Below are positions 38,707 through 47,959 of a DNA stretch of 64,000 nucleotides, in pieces. Each line of letters starts with the position of its first letter. Within the stretch, counting starts at the first letter, position 1. The position numbers were made by a program, and so were the translations under genes. Under the pieces are notes generated by a model. The model saw nothing but the letters and a program-made list of their open reading frames with translations, was not told the origin of the DNA and did no database searches. Source of the DNA: Methylophilaceae bacterium. Its GTDB lineage: Bacteria; Pseudomonadota; Gammaproteobacteria; Burkholderiales; Methylophilaceae. Location of the stretch: NCBI GenBank assembly GCA_009926205.1, contig RFPI01000001.1, forward strand, positions 328 to 64,327, written 5' to 3'.

Positions 38707-39078
38707 ATGGCAGTTTTAACATTAAATAAAGAAAACTTTAAAAGCACCATACAGAATAATCCGTTTGTGATTGTTGATTTTTGGGCGCCTTGGTGTGAGC
38801 CATGTGTTAATTTCACATCTGTCTTTGAAGAGGCTGCAAAAAACAATCCAGATATTACTTTTGGTATGGTGGATACAGAAGCAAACCCTGAGATTTCAGA
38901 ATATTTTGAAGTGAGTAAAATCCCCGCTATTTTGATTATCCGTGAGCAAGCGGGTATTCATGCGCAACAAGGTGAGATTGGTGCACCAGCGCTGGATAAA
39001 TTGATTGAGTGGGCGCGTGATTTTGATATGGCTGCAGTGCATGCCTATTACGCTGAGCAAGATAAGCAGAAAAAATAA
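38707..39078 (+). CDS. Thioredoxin-fold protein with WCEPC active site
   Basis: 123 aa with VDFWAPWCEPC and cis-Pro context KIPAILI. It has the thioredoxin fold but Glu instead of Gly in the CxxC motif. Confidence 0.8.
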   Translation: MAVLTLNKENFKSTIQNNPFVIVDFWAPWCEPCVNFTSVFEEAAKNNPDITFGMVDTEANPEISEYFEVSKIPAILIIREQAGIHAQQGEIGAPALDKLIEWARDFDMAAVHAYYAEQDKQKK

Positions 39079-39109
39079 TATATTTCTCTAATCTGTCATC
39101 TATAGAAAT

Positions 39110-39136
39110 AAAAAGCCGCTGTTAGCGGCTTTTTTT
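39110..39136 (+). terminator. Rho-independent terminator after the thioredoxin gene
   Basis: AAAAAGCCGCT-gtt-AGCGGCTTTTTTT. Confidence 0.85.
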
Positions 39137-39232
39137 ATGGATTTTGTTATGCAACCCTTTTCAGCTTTTTTATGATGTATATAATCTACACATAAAAACA
39201 AATAAATTGCATGACTCAGTAGGAGAACCATC

Positions 39233-39517
39233 ATGAGCGAAAAATACCAAAAACTCGATAATAAAATGGTTGGGCAAATGATTAAAGCCTTACGCAAAAC
39301 CAAAAGAATTTCTGTGACTGAATTTTCTGAGCGCACGGGAATTTGTCGAAGTTATATCACCATGGTTGAACAAGGGGATGCAAACCCAAGTGTTGATGTA
39401 ATCGCCACTTTATTTGCGGGTCTGGGAAAGGAAGTCGTATTCGGAGTAAAGAGATTCAGAAGCCAAACGGCGAAAGCAGCCTCAACCGAATCTCGCGATG
39501 CTGCTCTATTGGGCTAA
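39233..39517 (+). CDS. XRE-family helix-turn-helix transcriptional regulator
   Basis: 94 aa with an HTH_3 pattern (IKALRKTKRISVTEFSERTGICRSYITMVEQGDANPSVDVI). AGGAGA sits upstream of the ATG. The gene is AT-rich and uses AGA Arg codons. Confidence 0.8.
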   Translation: MSEKYQKLDNKMVGQMIKALRKTKRISVTEFSERTGICRSYITMVEQGDANPSVDVIATLFAGLGKEVVFGVKRFRSQTAKAASTESRDAALLG

Positions 39518-40522
39518 ATTACCCAGGTACTTTAAGGGGTCTACAGATTTGCCTTGATATCTAATTTCGAAATGAAGTTTAACTTTATCTGTTCCTGAGC
39601 TGCCCATTTCGGCAATTTTTTGACCTTTGACAATTTGTTGTCCTTCTTTAACAAGAGATTTACTGTTGTGTGCGTACACAGACAATAAGTCTTTGTCATG
39701 TTTGATAATCACCATATTGCCGTAACCACGGAGATCTCCGCCGTTGTATATGACCTTGCCGCTTCCTGCCGCATTCACTTCCTGACCTAACGTTCCCTCG
39801 ATATCAATACCCTTGGCATTACCACCCTCAACAAATGGGTTGATAACCTTACCTTTTGCTGGCCATGACCAATCCGAGGAGCTTGTGCTAGCAGGAGCAT
39901 TAGAAACTGCGCTGTTGGTAGGCGATGGACGAGACTGTTGCGCCAGCTTATCGTTAATATCTGGCAGCTCTTTACTCGTATTATTGGCGACACCCTGTGT
40001 TGGGTTGGCTGCTGGCGCGGGTGGATTGTTATGTGTGGTATTCGTACTCGGTGCACTATCCAAAGGTTTCGCAACTACAGGTTCATCTAGGCTCTTGCCT
40101 TGAGGCGTGGCAGCGTCAGCATTAAGGGGTTTGGTAACGACGGTATCTTCTAGCTTTTTGTCTAAAACTTTAGGTTTGATTGCTGTCGTCTTCAGCTCTT
40201 TTAATTTAAGGGACTGACCAATTTTGATTATATAGGGCGGTTCGATTTGGTTTAATTGAGCTATTTCCTTATAGTCAAAACCATGCTCTAGGCCTATGGA
40301 ATAGAGGGTATCGCCTTTTTTAACGGTGTATAAATCTGGACGCCAATCTTTGTCTTGTTTTTCATTGGATTTGGCAGGAGTTTTATTGCTGCTGACCGCC
40401 GTATCGGATTTGACAGAAATTTCACTAACTGGGGCGGGCGTGGGTGTAACAGACTTACAGCCCAGAAGGAATAAGCTCAGAGAAAATATGATTGCGTCTT
40501 TTAAATTCAAGTTGATTCGCAT
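39506..40522 (-). CDS. nlpD: Murein hydrolase activator NlpD (LysM + M23 peptidase-domain lipoprotein)
   Basis: It has the lipobox LLGC, a LysM repeat (YTVKKGDTLYSIG), a Pro/Ala/Thr-rich linker and a C-terminal M23 domain (GIDI, VIIKH....SVYAHN, LHFEIR). It follows pcm as in E. coli. Confidence 0.9.
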   Translation of the reverse strand: MRINLNLKDAIIFSLSLFLLGCKSVTPTPAPVSEISVKSDTAVSSNKTPAKSNEKQDKDWRPDLYTVKKGDTLYSIGLEHGFDYKEIAQLNQIEPPYIIKIGQSLKLKELKTTAIKPKVLDKKLEDTVVTKPLNADAATPQGKSLDEPVVAKPLDSAPSTNTTHNNPPAPAANPTQGVANNTSKELPDINDKLAQQSRPSPTNSAVSNAPASTSSSDWSWPAKGKVINPFVEGGNAKGIDIEGTLGQEVNAAGSGKVIYNGGDLRGYGNMVIIKHDKDLLSVYAHNSKSLVKEGQQIVKGQKIAEMGSSGTDKVKLHFEIRYQGKSVDPLKYLGNLAQ

Positions 40523-40541
40523 GATTCGCCGTCCTGTCCTG

Positions 40542-41228
40542 TTAGTCTTTTTTTACACCGTTGAGCAGTGGGACAAATTTTACTGGTTCGAGTTTAGTGG
40601 TGACAAATTGGTCCTCACTGGTTCTCTCGATTAGATGGAGTAACTGATCATCTACGCCCACAGGAATGACCATACGACCACCAATAGCCAATTGTTGCAT
40701 CAGAGATTCAGGAATGTGACTAGCCGCTGCTGTCACGATAATCCCATCAAATGGACCAAAATCCGCTAGACCGATACTGCCGTCAGCATTTTCTAATTTG
40801 ATATTGCTCAATTTTAGCTGGCGTAGCGTGGTGAGTGCTTTCATCAGTAGGGGGCGTATACGTTCTACTGTATAAACTTCCTGCGCCACTTTAGATAGCA
40901 CTGCCGTTTGATAGCCGCAACCAGTGCCAACTTCCAGCACCTTGGTGAGAGTTTTTCCAGCGCGCAGCAACTCTGTCATTTTGGCAACAATATAGGGCTG
41001 CGAGATTGTTTGACCAAAACCTATAGGTAATGAAACATCTTCATAGGCGCGAATAGACAGTGCTTCATCGACAAACACATGGCGCGGGATTTCACTCATG
41101 GCGGCAAGCGTCATTTCGTCACGGATGCCTTGTTCGCGCAGGCGCATCAACATGCGTTCGCGCGTGCGCTGTGAGGTCATTCCAATGCCGTCAATGCGCT
41201 TATTCACCATGGTGATTAGTTCAACCAA
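40542..41228 (-). CDS. pcm: Protein-L-isoaspartate O-methyltransferase
   Basis: [16 protein letters not shown] and the SAM motif [15 protein letters not shown] support the call. The start is uncertain (in-frame ATGs at 41228, 41210 and 41180). Confidence 0.92.
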   Translation of the reverse strand: MVELITMVNKRIDGIGMTSQRTRERMLMRLREQGIRDEMTLAAMSEIPRHVFVDEALSIRAYEDVSLPIGFGQTISQPYIVAKMTELLRAGKTLTKVLEVGTGCGYQTAVLSKVAQEVYTVERIRPLLMKALTTLRQLKLSNIKLENADGSIGLADFGPFDGIIVTAAASHIPESLMQQLAIGGRMVIPVGVDDQLLHLIERTSEDQFVTTKLEPVKFVPLLNGVKKD

Positions 41229-41956
41229 GCTTTCAGCTGGTCTAGTTGTTGGGTGTAAGTCAAATCGGCTTGTAAGGGAGTGATTGATACTTGGCGATTG
41301 GCAACAGCAAAAAAGTCTGTGCCAGGTCCGGCATCTTGCGCTTCTCCAGCGGCGCCCACCCAGTACAAAGTTTCTCCACGTGGTGATTGCGATTTGATGA
41401 CGGGTTCGGCTTTGTGACGTTTACCTAAACGGGTTGCAACTACGCCTTGGATTTGATCATAAGGAATATCGGGAACATTGATATTCAGCAGCATTGGACC
41501 ATCCACTGGGCGATTCATCAGATTGGGAATTAACTCAGTGACAATTCTACCGGCGGTATTAAAGTGCGTAGCATTGTGTTGGGACATTGACACAGCGATG
41601 GATGGGATGTCGAGCAAAAAACCTTCCATCGCAGCAGCGACCGTACCTGAATAGATCGTATCGTCACCCATATTGGCGCCATCGTTGATGCCTGAAATAA
41701 TCATATCTGGCAAACCATCAAGCAAGCCAGTTACCGCCAAATGCACACAGTCAGTGGGAGTGCCATTCACATAATAAAAACCTTGATCCGTTTTTTTTAC
41801 GGTCAGTGGTCTGTCCAGTGTCAGGGAATTACTCGCTCCGCTCCGATTTCTCTCGGGCGCAACCACGACAATTTCAGCAATTTGACTGATGTGATGGGCT
41901 AGTGCCTGCAAACCTGGGGCAAAGTAGCCATCATCATTTGAAAGTAGAATTTTCAT
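41216..41956 (-). CDS. surE: 5'/3'-nucleotidase SurE
   Basis: [16 protein letters not shown] and GINDGANMG. It begins the surE-pcm-nlpD order. Confidence 0.95.
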   Translation of the reverse strand: MKILLSNDDGYFAPGLQALAHHISQIAEIVVVAPERNRSGASNSLTLDRPLTVKKTDQGFYYVNGTPTDCVHLAVTGLLDGLPDMIISGINDGANMGDDTIYSGTVAAAMEGFLLDIPSIAVSMSQHNATHFNTAGRIVTELIPNLMNRPVDGPMLLNINVPDIPYDQIQGVVATRLGKRHKAEPVIKSQSPRGETLYWVGAAGEAQDAGPGTDFFAVANRQVSITPLQADLTYTQQLDQLKAWLN

Positions 41957-42096
41957 GCTTACCTTAATTATTTGATGACGTGTCTTGTCACTAGCGCTAT
42001 TTTAACTTGCTTCAAAGGTCAGGAAAATAAATTCCTCTGTATTGTTGCCCTTTTCTCAGCAATACCTGAGGGCTTTATTCAGCTGGGCGAACGGGC

Positions 42097-42465
42097 TTAA
42101 ACAATTAATCCAGCCAGGACCTTGCGGCCCTCTGCCATCAGGATATTGTAAGTTCTGCAAGCGGCTGCGGTGGTCATGCACTCCACCGCAATTTGCGCTT
42201 GTATCAGCGGTGAACTGAGCTTGGGATGAATAAACTGATGTTGTTCACCACTGCCAATAATTACTATCTCAGGTTTAAATGATAATAAATGTGCAAAGTG
42301 TTCAGTGGTCAAATCCTGAATCTGTCGGACAGGCCAGTCCAGCTCAAGTTTTTCCGCAGTGATGATTAGGCTGGTTTGATAACTTTGATAGTTAATGTCT
42401 ACGCGACCCTTGCTGTAGGCGGTAACAGCGTAATTTCCATCTTGTTGTGCTAAGTGAAGTTTCAT
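42097..42465 (-). CDS. Mth938-like (DUF498/NDUFAF3-like) domain protein
   Basis: About 122 aa from ATG 42465. The pattern I..Y..G...I......SLII, ...PEIVIIGSG, ...E.M.T.AACRTYN.L..EGR.V fits the family. The longer GTG start at 42492 is less likely. Confidence 0.65.
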   Translation of the reverse strand: MKLHLAQQDGNYAVTAYSKGRVDINYQSYQTSLIITAEKLELDWPVRQIQDLTTEHFAHLLSFKPEIVIIGSGEQHQFIHPKLSSPLIQAQIAVECMTTAAACRTYNILMAEGRKVLAGLIV

Positions 42466-42602
42466 CGTATTTCCAGTGTTTAAATATCGCACTCAAGTGC
42501 CCGAGAATATTGGATTTCGTGGCTGTTTGCATTGCTTGAAAAGCGGTTCACAAGTAAGATATCACATTTTTTGATAACGGCAATTTTGCCCTAGGTTAGG
42601 CC

Positions 42603-43832
42603 ATGCAGACCATTTTAAAATCCAGCAAGCTCAATAACGTGTGCTACGACATTCGTGGGCCGGTATTGGCGCGTGCGAAGCAAATGGAAGAGGATGGTCA
42701 CCGCATTATCAAATTAAATATCGGTAATCCTGCACCATTTGGCTTTGAAGCCCCCGAAGAAATCGTGCAAGACGTGTTGCACAACCTAGATCAAGCTTCT
42801 GGGTATACAGACTCTAAAGGCTTGTTTGCAGCACGCAAAGCCATTATGCATTACACCCAGCAGAAGAAAATTGCAGGCGTTACGATTGATGACATCATTA
42901 TTGGTAATGGCGTTTCTGAGTTGATCGTGATGGCCATGCAAGGTTTGCTGAATAATGGCGACCAAGTATTGGTGCCTATGCCTGATTATCCTTTGTGGAC
43001 CGCCGCAGTGAATTTGGCAGGCGGTACCGCTAGACATTATCTCTGTCGCGAAGAAGACGGTTGGATTCCTGATCTAGTTGATATCGAAAGCAAGATTACC
43101 GCCAATACCCGTGGCATCGTCATCATTAACCCTAACAACCCCACTGGTGCTTTGTACCCCGATGATGTGTTGAAAGGCATTATTGAGATTGCACGTCATC
43201 ATGGTTTGATTGTGTTTGCCGATGAAATCTATGACAAAGTACTTTACGATGGAAGAAAACATACCTCTATCGCCTCATTAGCCGATGATGTGTTGTTTGT
43301 GACATTCAATGGCTTGTCCAAAAATTATCGTGCATGTGGATACCGTGCGGGTTGGATGATTATTTCTGGCGAAAAATCTGCTGCCAAGGACTACATTGAA
43401 GGCCTGAATATGTTGGCCTCAATGCGCTTATGTGCCAATGTGCCAGGCCAATTGGGCATACAAACTGCGTTGGGGGGCTATCAAAGTATTGATGACTTAG
43501 TTGCTCCTGGAGGACGCTTGTGTAAACAGCGTGACTTGGCGTATGACATGCTCACCAGCATTCCTGGGGTTACCTGCTTTAAACCAGCGGCAGCCATGTA
43601 TCTATTTCCTAAGCTTGATCCCAAGATGTATCCCATCGAAGACGATCAGCAATTTATATTGGATTTGTTGCTAGAAGAGAAAGTGCTGTTGGTGCAAGGC
43701 AGTGGTTTTAACTGGAAAACACCAGATCATTTCCGCGTGGTGTTCTTGCCTAATATTGACGATTTGACCGAGGCGATTCATCGCATAGAGCGATTCTTGG
43801 CGCAATATCGCAAACGCTTTGCTAAAGCCTAA
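42603..43832 (+). CDS. alaA: PLP-dependent aminotransferase, AlaA/AlaC (glutamate-pyruvate) type
   Basis: 409 aa. The N terminus is colinear with E. coli AlaA (KL.NVCYDIRGPV...A..LE..G..I.KLNIGNPA.FGF), and it has the PLP Lys context SLSKNYRACGYR. Confidence 0.8.
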   Translation: MQTILKSSKLNNVCYDIRGPVLARAKQMEEDGHRIIKLNIGNPAPFGFEAPEEIVQDVLHNLDQASGYTDSKGLFAARKAIMHYTQQKKIAGVTIDDIIIGNGVSELIVMAMQGLLNNGDQVLVPMPDYPLWTAAVNLAGGTARHYLCREEDGWIPDLVDIESKITANTRGIVIINPNNPTGALYPDDVLKGIIEIARHHGLIVFADEIYDKVLYDGRKHTSIASLADDVLFVTFNGLSKNYRACGYRAGWMIISGEKSAAKDYIEGLNMLASMRLCANVPGQLGIQTALGGYQSIDDLVAPGGRLCKQRDLAYDMLTSIPGVTCFKPAAAMYLFPKLDPKMYPIEDDQQFILDLLLEEKVLLVQGSGFNWKTPDHFRVVFLPNIDDLTEAIHRIERFLAQYRKRFAKA

Positions 43833-43876
43833 TCAGGCGTAAGCCATTTTGAATATAAAGATTTAACTAAGAAAGT

Positions 43877-45199
43877 ATGCTCATGGAGTCATTGAAAGTT
43901 GGTTTGCTTGGTATCGGCACGGTAGGTGGTGGTACATATACGGTATTGCAAAGAAATCAGGCCGAAATCGCAAATCGTGCAGGTCGTCAGATCGAAATTG
44001 TGAAAGTGGCAGACCGTGACCTAGCAAGAGCTGAAAGCATTACCGGTGGCAAAGTAGCTTTGACACAAAGTATCGATGAGGTGGTGAGTGATCCCAATAT
44101 CGATGTCGTGGTCGAGCTGATTGGTGGTTACACCTTAGCCAAAGAAGCGGTATTAAAAGCGATTGCCAACGGCAAGCATGTGGTCACCGCCAACAAAGCC
44201 TTGTTGGCTTTGCATGGCAATGAAATTTTTGCTGCAGCGCAACAACAAGGAGTCATCGTTGCCTATGAGGCCGCTGTCGCCGGTGGCATTCCTATCATTA
44301 AAGCCCTGCGTGAGGGCTTGGCTGCCAATCGCATCGAATGGCTGGCCGGGATTATTAACGGGACAACCAATTTTATTCTGACGGAAATGCGTGATAAGGG
44401 TTTGGCCTTTGCTGATGTATTGGGCGAAGCACAGCGCTTAGGTTATGCCGAAGCCGACCCAACCTTTGACGTAGAAGGTATTGATGCTGCGCATAAATTA
44501 ATGATTATGGCGGGTATCGCTTTTGCCATGCCCATGCAGTTCGACAAAGTGTATACCGAGGGTATTAGTAAATTAGAAAGTAAAGATATCCGCTATGCAG
44601 AAGAGTTGGGATATCGCGTCAAGCTATTAGGCATTAGCAAGCGAAGTGAGCAGGGTGTGGAAATTCGTGTGCATCCTACTTTGATTCCAGAAAAGCGTCT
44701 GATTGCCAACGTGGATGGTGCCATGAATGCGGTTCTCGTCAAAGGCGATGCCGTTGGCCCAACTCTATACTATGGTGCTGGCGCAGGCTCAGAGCCCACT
44801 GCTAGTGCGGTGATTGCAGATCTGGTTGATGTGGCGCGTATGCAGCATGCCAATTCGGCACAACGCGTTCCCTATTTGGCACATCATCAGATGCAAGCTG
44901 CGGATGCCCTTCACATCCTACCGATAGAGCAAATCCATAGTGCTTATTACTTGCGATTACGCGCTTTAGATAAGCCCGGAGTGATGGCGGATATCACCAA
45001 GATATTGGCAGAGCGTCAAATTTCCATCGACGCCATGATGCAAAAAGAGCCGCTAGACAATGAAGATGCGGCTGATATTGTGATTCTGACCCATATTACC
45101 CAAGAGAAAAATATCAATCAGGCGATTGTCGCGATTGAGCAGTTATCTGCACTAGATGGTCAGGTAGTGAAATTAAGAATGGAAGCACTGAGTCGATGA
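43877..45199 (+). CDS. hom: Homoserine dehydrogenase
   Basis: It has an NAD-binding N terminus (GLLGIGTVGGG), the catalytic domain (NGT.N.ILT.M, GYAEADPT.DV.G.DAA.K) and a C-terminal ACT domain. Confidence 0.93.
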   Translation: MLMESLKVGLLGIGTVGGGTYTVLQRNQAEIANRAGRQIEIVKVADRDLARAESITGGKVALTQSIDEVVSDPNIDVVVELIGGYTLAKEAVLKAIANGKHVVTANKALLALHGNEIFAAAQQQGVIVAYEAAVAGGIPIIKALREGLAANRIEWLAGIINGTTNFILTEMRDKGLAFADVLGEAQRLGYAEADPTFDVEGIDAAHKLMIMAGIAFAMPMQFDKVYTEGISKLESKDIRYAEELGYRVKLLGISKRSEQGVEIRVHPTLIPEKRLIANVDGAMNAVLVKGDAVGPTLYYGAGAGSEPTASAVIADLVDVARMQHANSAQRVPYLAHHQMQAADALHILPIEQIHSAYYLRLRALDKPGVMADITKILAERQISIDAMMQKEPLDNEDAADIVILTHITQEKNINQAIVAIEQLSALDGQVVKLRMEALSR

Positions 45200-46623
45200 A
45201 ATATATCAGTACCCGAGGCCAATCTCCGGCACTTCATTTTTGCGATATTTTATTAGGTGGTCTCGCTCCCGATGGCGGCCTGTACATGCCTGAGCAATAT
45301 CCTCAGTTTAGCGATGCCGATTTAAACGCCATGCGTGCTATGAATTACCGCGATCTGGCGTATGCCATTTTAAGCCGCTTGATCGATGATATCCCTGCAG
45401 AGGATTTGCGTGACATCATCAATCGTACCTATCGTGCTGAGGTATATGCCTATACACGCGAAGGGCAAAATCCTGAAGACATCACGCCAACGCTCAAGCT
45501 AGAAGACAATTTATATTTGCTATCGCTTTCTAATGGTCCCACCTTGGCGTTTAAAGATATGGCCATGCAGTTGCTTGGCAATTTGTTTGAATATGTACTA
45601 GCCAAACGTGGTGAGACGACCAATATTTTGGGCGCGACTTCTGGCGATACTGGCTCGGCTGCCGAATATGCCATGCGTGGCAAAAAGGGTGTGCGCGTGT
45701 TTATGTTATCACCGCATCAGCGTATGAGCCGTTTCCAATCTGCGCAAATGTTTAGTTTGCAGGACGAGAATATATTTAATATTGCAGTGCGTGGCGTGTT
45801 TGATGAGGCACAAGATATTGTTAAAGCAGTATCCAATGACCATGCCTTTAAAGCGCAGTACAAAATTGGCGCGGTCAACTCCATCAACTGGGGGCGTGTG
45901 GCAGCACAAATCGTGTATTACTTTAAAGGCTATTTTGCGGTGACCAGCAACAATAGCCAAAAGGTTAGTTTTGCTGTTCCTTCAGGCAATTTTGGTAACG
46001 TATGTGCCGGTCATGTAGCACGCATGATGGGCTTGCCGATAGACCAATTGGTGGTGGCCACCAATGAGAACGATGTGTTAGATGAATTTTTCCGTACCGG
46101 CGTGTATCGTCCGCGCGGCTCAGACAATACCTATCACACCTCAAGCCCCTCTATGGATATCAGCAAAGCATCCAATTTTGAGCGTTTTGTATTTGACTTG
46201 GTTGGGCGTGATAGTGCGCAAGTGCGTGCGCTATGGAGCAAAGTGGATCAAGGCGGAAGCTTTGATTTAAAGGGTACAGGTTTGTTTGAGAAAGTCTCTG
46301 ACTATGGTTTTATCTCAGGTAGCAGCAATCATCAAAATCGTATGCAGATTATCCGCCAAGTACAACAGCAATATGGCGTGGTGATTGATACGCATACTGC
46401 CGACGGTATCAAAGTGGCCTTGCAACATAGATCCCCGCATGTGCCGATGTTGGTCCTTGAGACTGCCTTGCCAGCAAAATTTGAAGACGCCATCAGTGAG
46501 GCCTTAGGGCAGTTGCCAGAGCGCCCAGCTCCACTGAAGGGCTTGGAGCAATTGCCACAACGCTTTGAAGTCATGGATGCCGACGTGGATGCCATCAAGG
46601 CATTTATCGTGGCGCATACCTAG
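45196..46623 (+). CDS. thrC: Threonine synthase
   Basis: 475 aa with MKYISTRG and the PLP lysine context GPTLAFKD..MQ. An ATGA overlap joins it to hom. Confidence 0.93.
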   Translation: MKYISTRGQSPALHFCDILLGGLAPDGGLYMPEQYPQFSDADLNAMRAMNYRDLAYAILSRLIDDIPAEDLRDIINRTYRAEVYAYTREGQNPEDITPTLKLEDNLYLLSLSNGPTLAFKDMAMQLLGNLFEYVLAKRGETTNILGATSGDTGSAAEYAMRGKKGVRVFMLSPHQRMSRFQSAQMFSLQDENIFNIAVRGVFDEAQDIVKAVSNDHAFKAQYKIGAVNSINWGRVAAQIVYYFKGYFAVTSNNSQKVSFAVPSGNFGNVCAGHVARMMGLPIDQLVVATNENDVLDEFFRTGVYRPRGSDNTYHTSSPSMDISKASNFERFVFDLVGRDSAQVRALWSKVDQGGSFDLKGTGLFEKVSDYGFISGSSNHQNRMQIIRQVQQQYGVVIDTHTADGIKVALQHRSPHVPMLVLETALPAKFEDAISEALGQLPERPAPLKGLEQLPQRFEVMDADVDAIKAFIVAHT

Positions 46624-46653
46624 AGATTTGTTGAATTAAACACGGGAGACGGC

Positions 46654-47448
46654 ATGCAGCAATATCATGATTTGTTACGCCATGTGCTTGAACACGGTCA
46701 TCGTAAACATGACCGCACGGGGACGGGGACAATATCTGTGTTTGGCTATCAAATGCGCTTTGATTTAAATGCTGGTTTTCCTTTATTGACCACCAAAAAA
46801 GTCCATCTTAAATCGATTATTCATGAGCTGTTATGGTTTCTTCAAGGCAGTACCAATATTGCCTATTTGAAAGAAAATGGCGTCACCATTTGGGATGAGT
46901 GGGCAGACCAAGAGGGTAATTTAGGACCAGTATATGGTTATCAGTGGCGCAATTGGCCTAAGCCAGACGGCTCCCATATTGACCAAATCAGTCAAGTTGT
47001 CGATGCCATCAAACGCAACCCAGATTCACGTCGCTTGATTGTGTCTGCATGGAATGTGGCAGATGTCGAGAAGATGAAACTTCCACCATGTCATGCATTC
47101 TTCCAATTCTATGTGGCTGATGGCAAATTGAGTTGTCAGCTATACCAACGTAGTGCTGATATTTTCTTGGGTGTGCCATTCAATATTGCCTCTTACGCAT
47201 TGCTGACCATGATGGTGGCGCAAGTGTGTGATTTGAAGTTAGGTGATTTTGTGCATACCCTCGGTGATGCACACATTTATCTGAACCATCTTGATCAGGT
47301 CAATGAGCAATTGCAACGTGATTTCCGTGCGCTACCCAATATGCATATTAATCCAGCGGTGAAAGATATCTTTGCCTTTAAATACGAAGATTTCACCTTG
47401 GAAAATTACGATCCACATCCCGCTATCAAAGCGCCAGTCGCGGTGTGA
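46654..47448 (+). CDS. thyA: Thymidylate synthase (ThyA type)
   Basis: 264 aa with MQQY..L...L..G....DRTGTGT.S.FG, the catalytic LPPCH.FFQFYV and the C-terminal IKAPVAV. Confidence 0.97.
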   Translation: MQQYHDLLRHVLEHGHRKHDRTGTGTISVFGYQMRFDLNAGFPLLTTKKVHLKSIIHELLWFLQGSTNIAYLKENGVTIWDEWADQEGNLGPVYGYQWRNWPKPDGSHIDQISQVVDAIKRNPDSRRLIVSAWNVADVEKMKLPPCHAFFQFYVADGKLSCQLYQRSADIFLGVPFNIASYALLTMMVAQVCDLKLGDFVHTLGDAHIYLNHLDQVNEQLQRDFRALPNMHINPAVKDIFAFKYEDFTLENYDPHPAIKAPVAV

Positions 47449-47933
47449 TGATGTCTTTGTCGGTCATCGTCGCGCTAGCTAAAAATCGTGTCATCGGACT
47501 CAACAATACCTTGCCTTGGCATTTACCCGAGGACTTAAAACGTTTTAAGCAATTAACCATGGGTCACCATATTATTATGGGAAGAAAGACCTATGAGTCT
47601 TTGGGTCGCTTGTTGCCTGGAAGACAAACAGTCATCGTGACGCGTAATCCAGATTACAAAGTGGATGGTGCAATCGTGGTGCACAGTTTGGAACAGGCGA
47701 TTAGCGTGAGCTCCGCCGATAGCGAGGCATTTTTGATAGGCGGAGCAGAGTTGTATCAGCAGTCCTTGCCTTTGGCAAAACGCCTATACCTGACAATGAT
47801 TGATGCTGAATTTGAAGGCGATGCTTATTTTCCAGAAATCGAATTGGATCATTGGGATTTATTGGAACAACAGGATTTGATTTCACAACAAGGCTGGGCG
47901 TTTCATTACCTAAGCTACCAACGTAAAGCCTAG
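47448..47933 (+). CDS. folA: Dihydrofolate reductase
   Basis: VALAKNRVIG..N.LPW.LPEDLK.FK..T.G, IMGRKT.ES and LIGGA.LY. ATG 47448 overlaps the thyA TGA. The track start at 47445 is GTG. Confidence 0.93.
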   Translation: MMSLSVIVALAKNRVIGLNNTLPWHLPEDLKRFKQLTMGHHIIMGRKTYESLGRLLPGRQTVIVTRNPDYKVDGAIVVHSLEQAISVSSADSEAFLIGGAELYQQSLPLAKRLYLTMIDAEFEGDAYFPEIELDHWDLLEQQDLISQQGWAFHYLSYQRKA

Positions 47934-47959
47934 GCAGAAAACGGCCAACCCTGAGTTAG

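Noticed and set aside
39100-39336. 78-aa hydrophobic minus-strand ORF overlapping the XRE gene start. I considered it as a possible small toxin or membrane partner of the XRE regulator.
   Set aside because: It runs through the thioredoxin terminator hairpin and the XRE promoter and start. It has no Shine-Dalgarno, and its hydrophobicity is what antisense translation of AT-rich sequence would produce.
42535-42541. CTTGAAA -35-like element in the Mth938 / aminotransferase divergent spacer.
   Set aside because: No C-rich -10 element follows at 13-17 nt (the sequence there is AAGATATC), so it is not called as a sigma-32 promoter.
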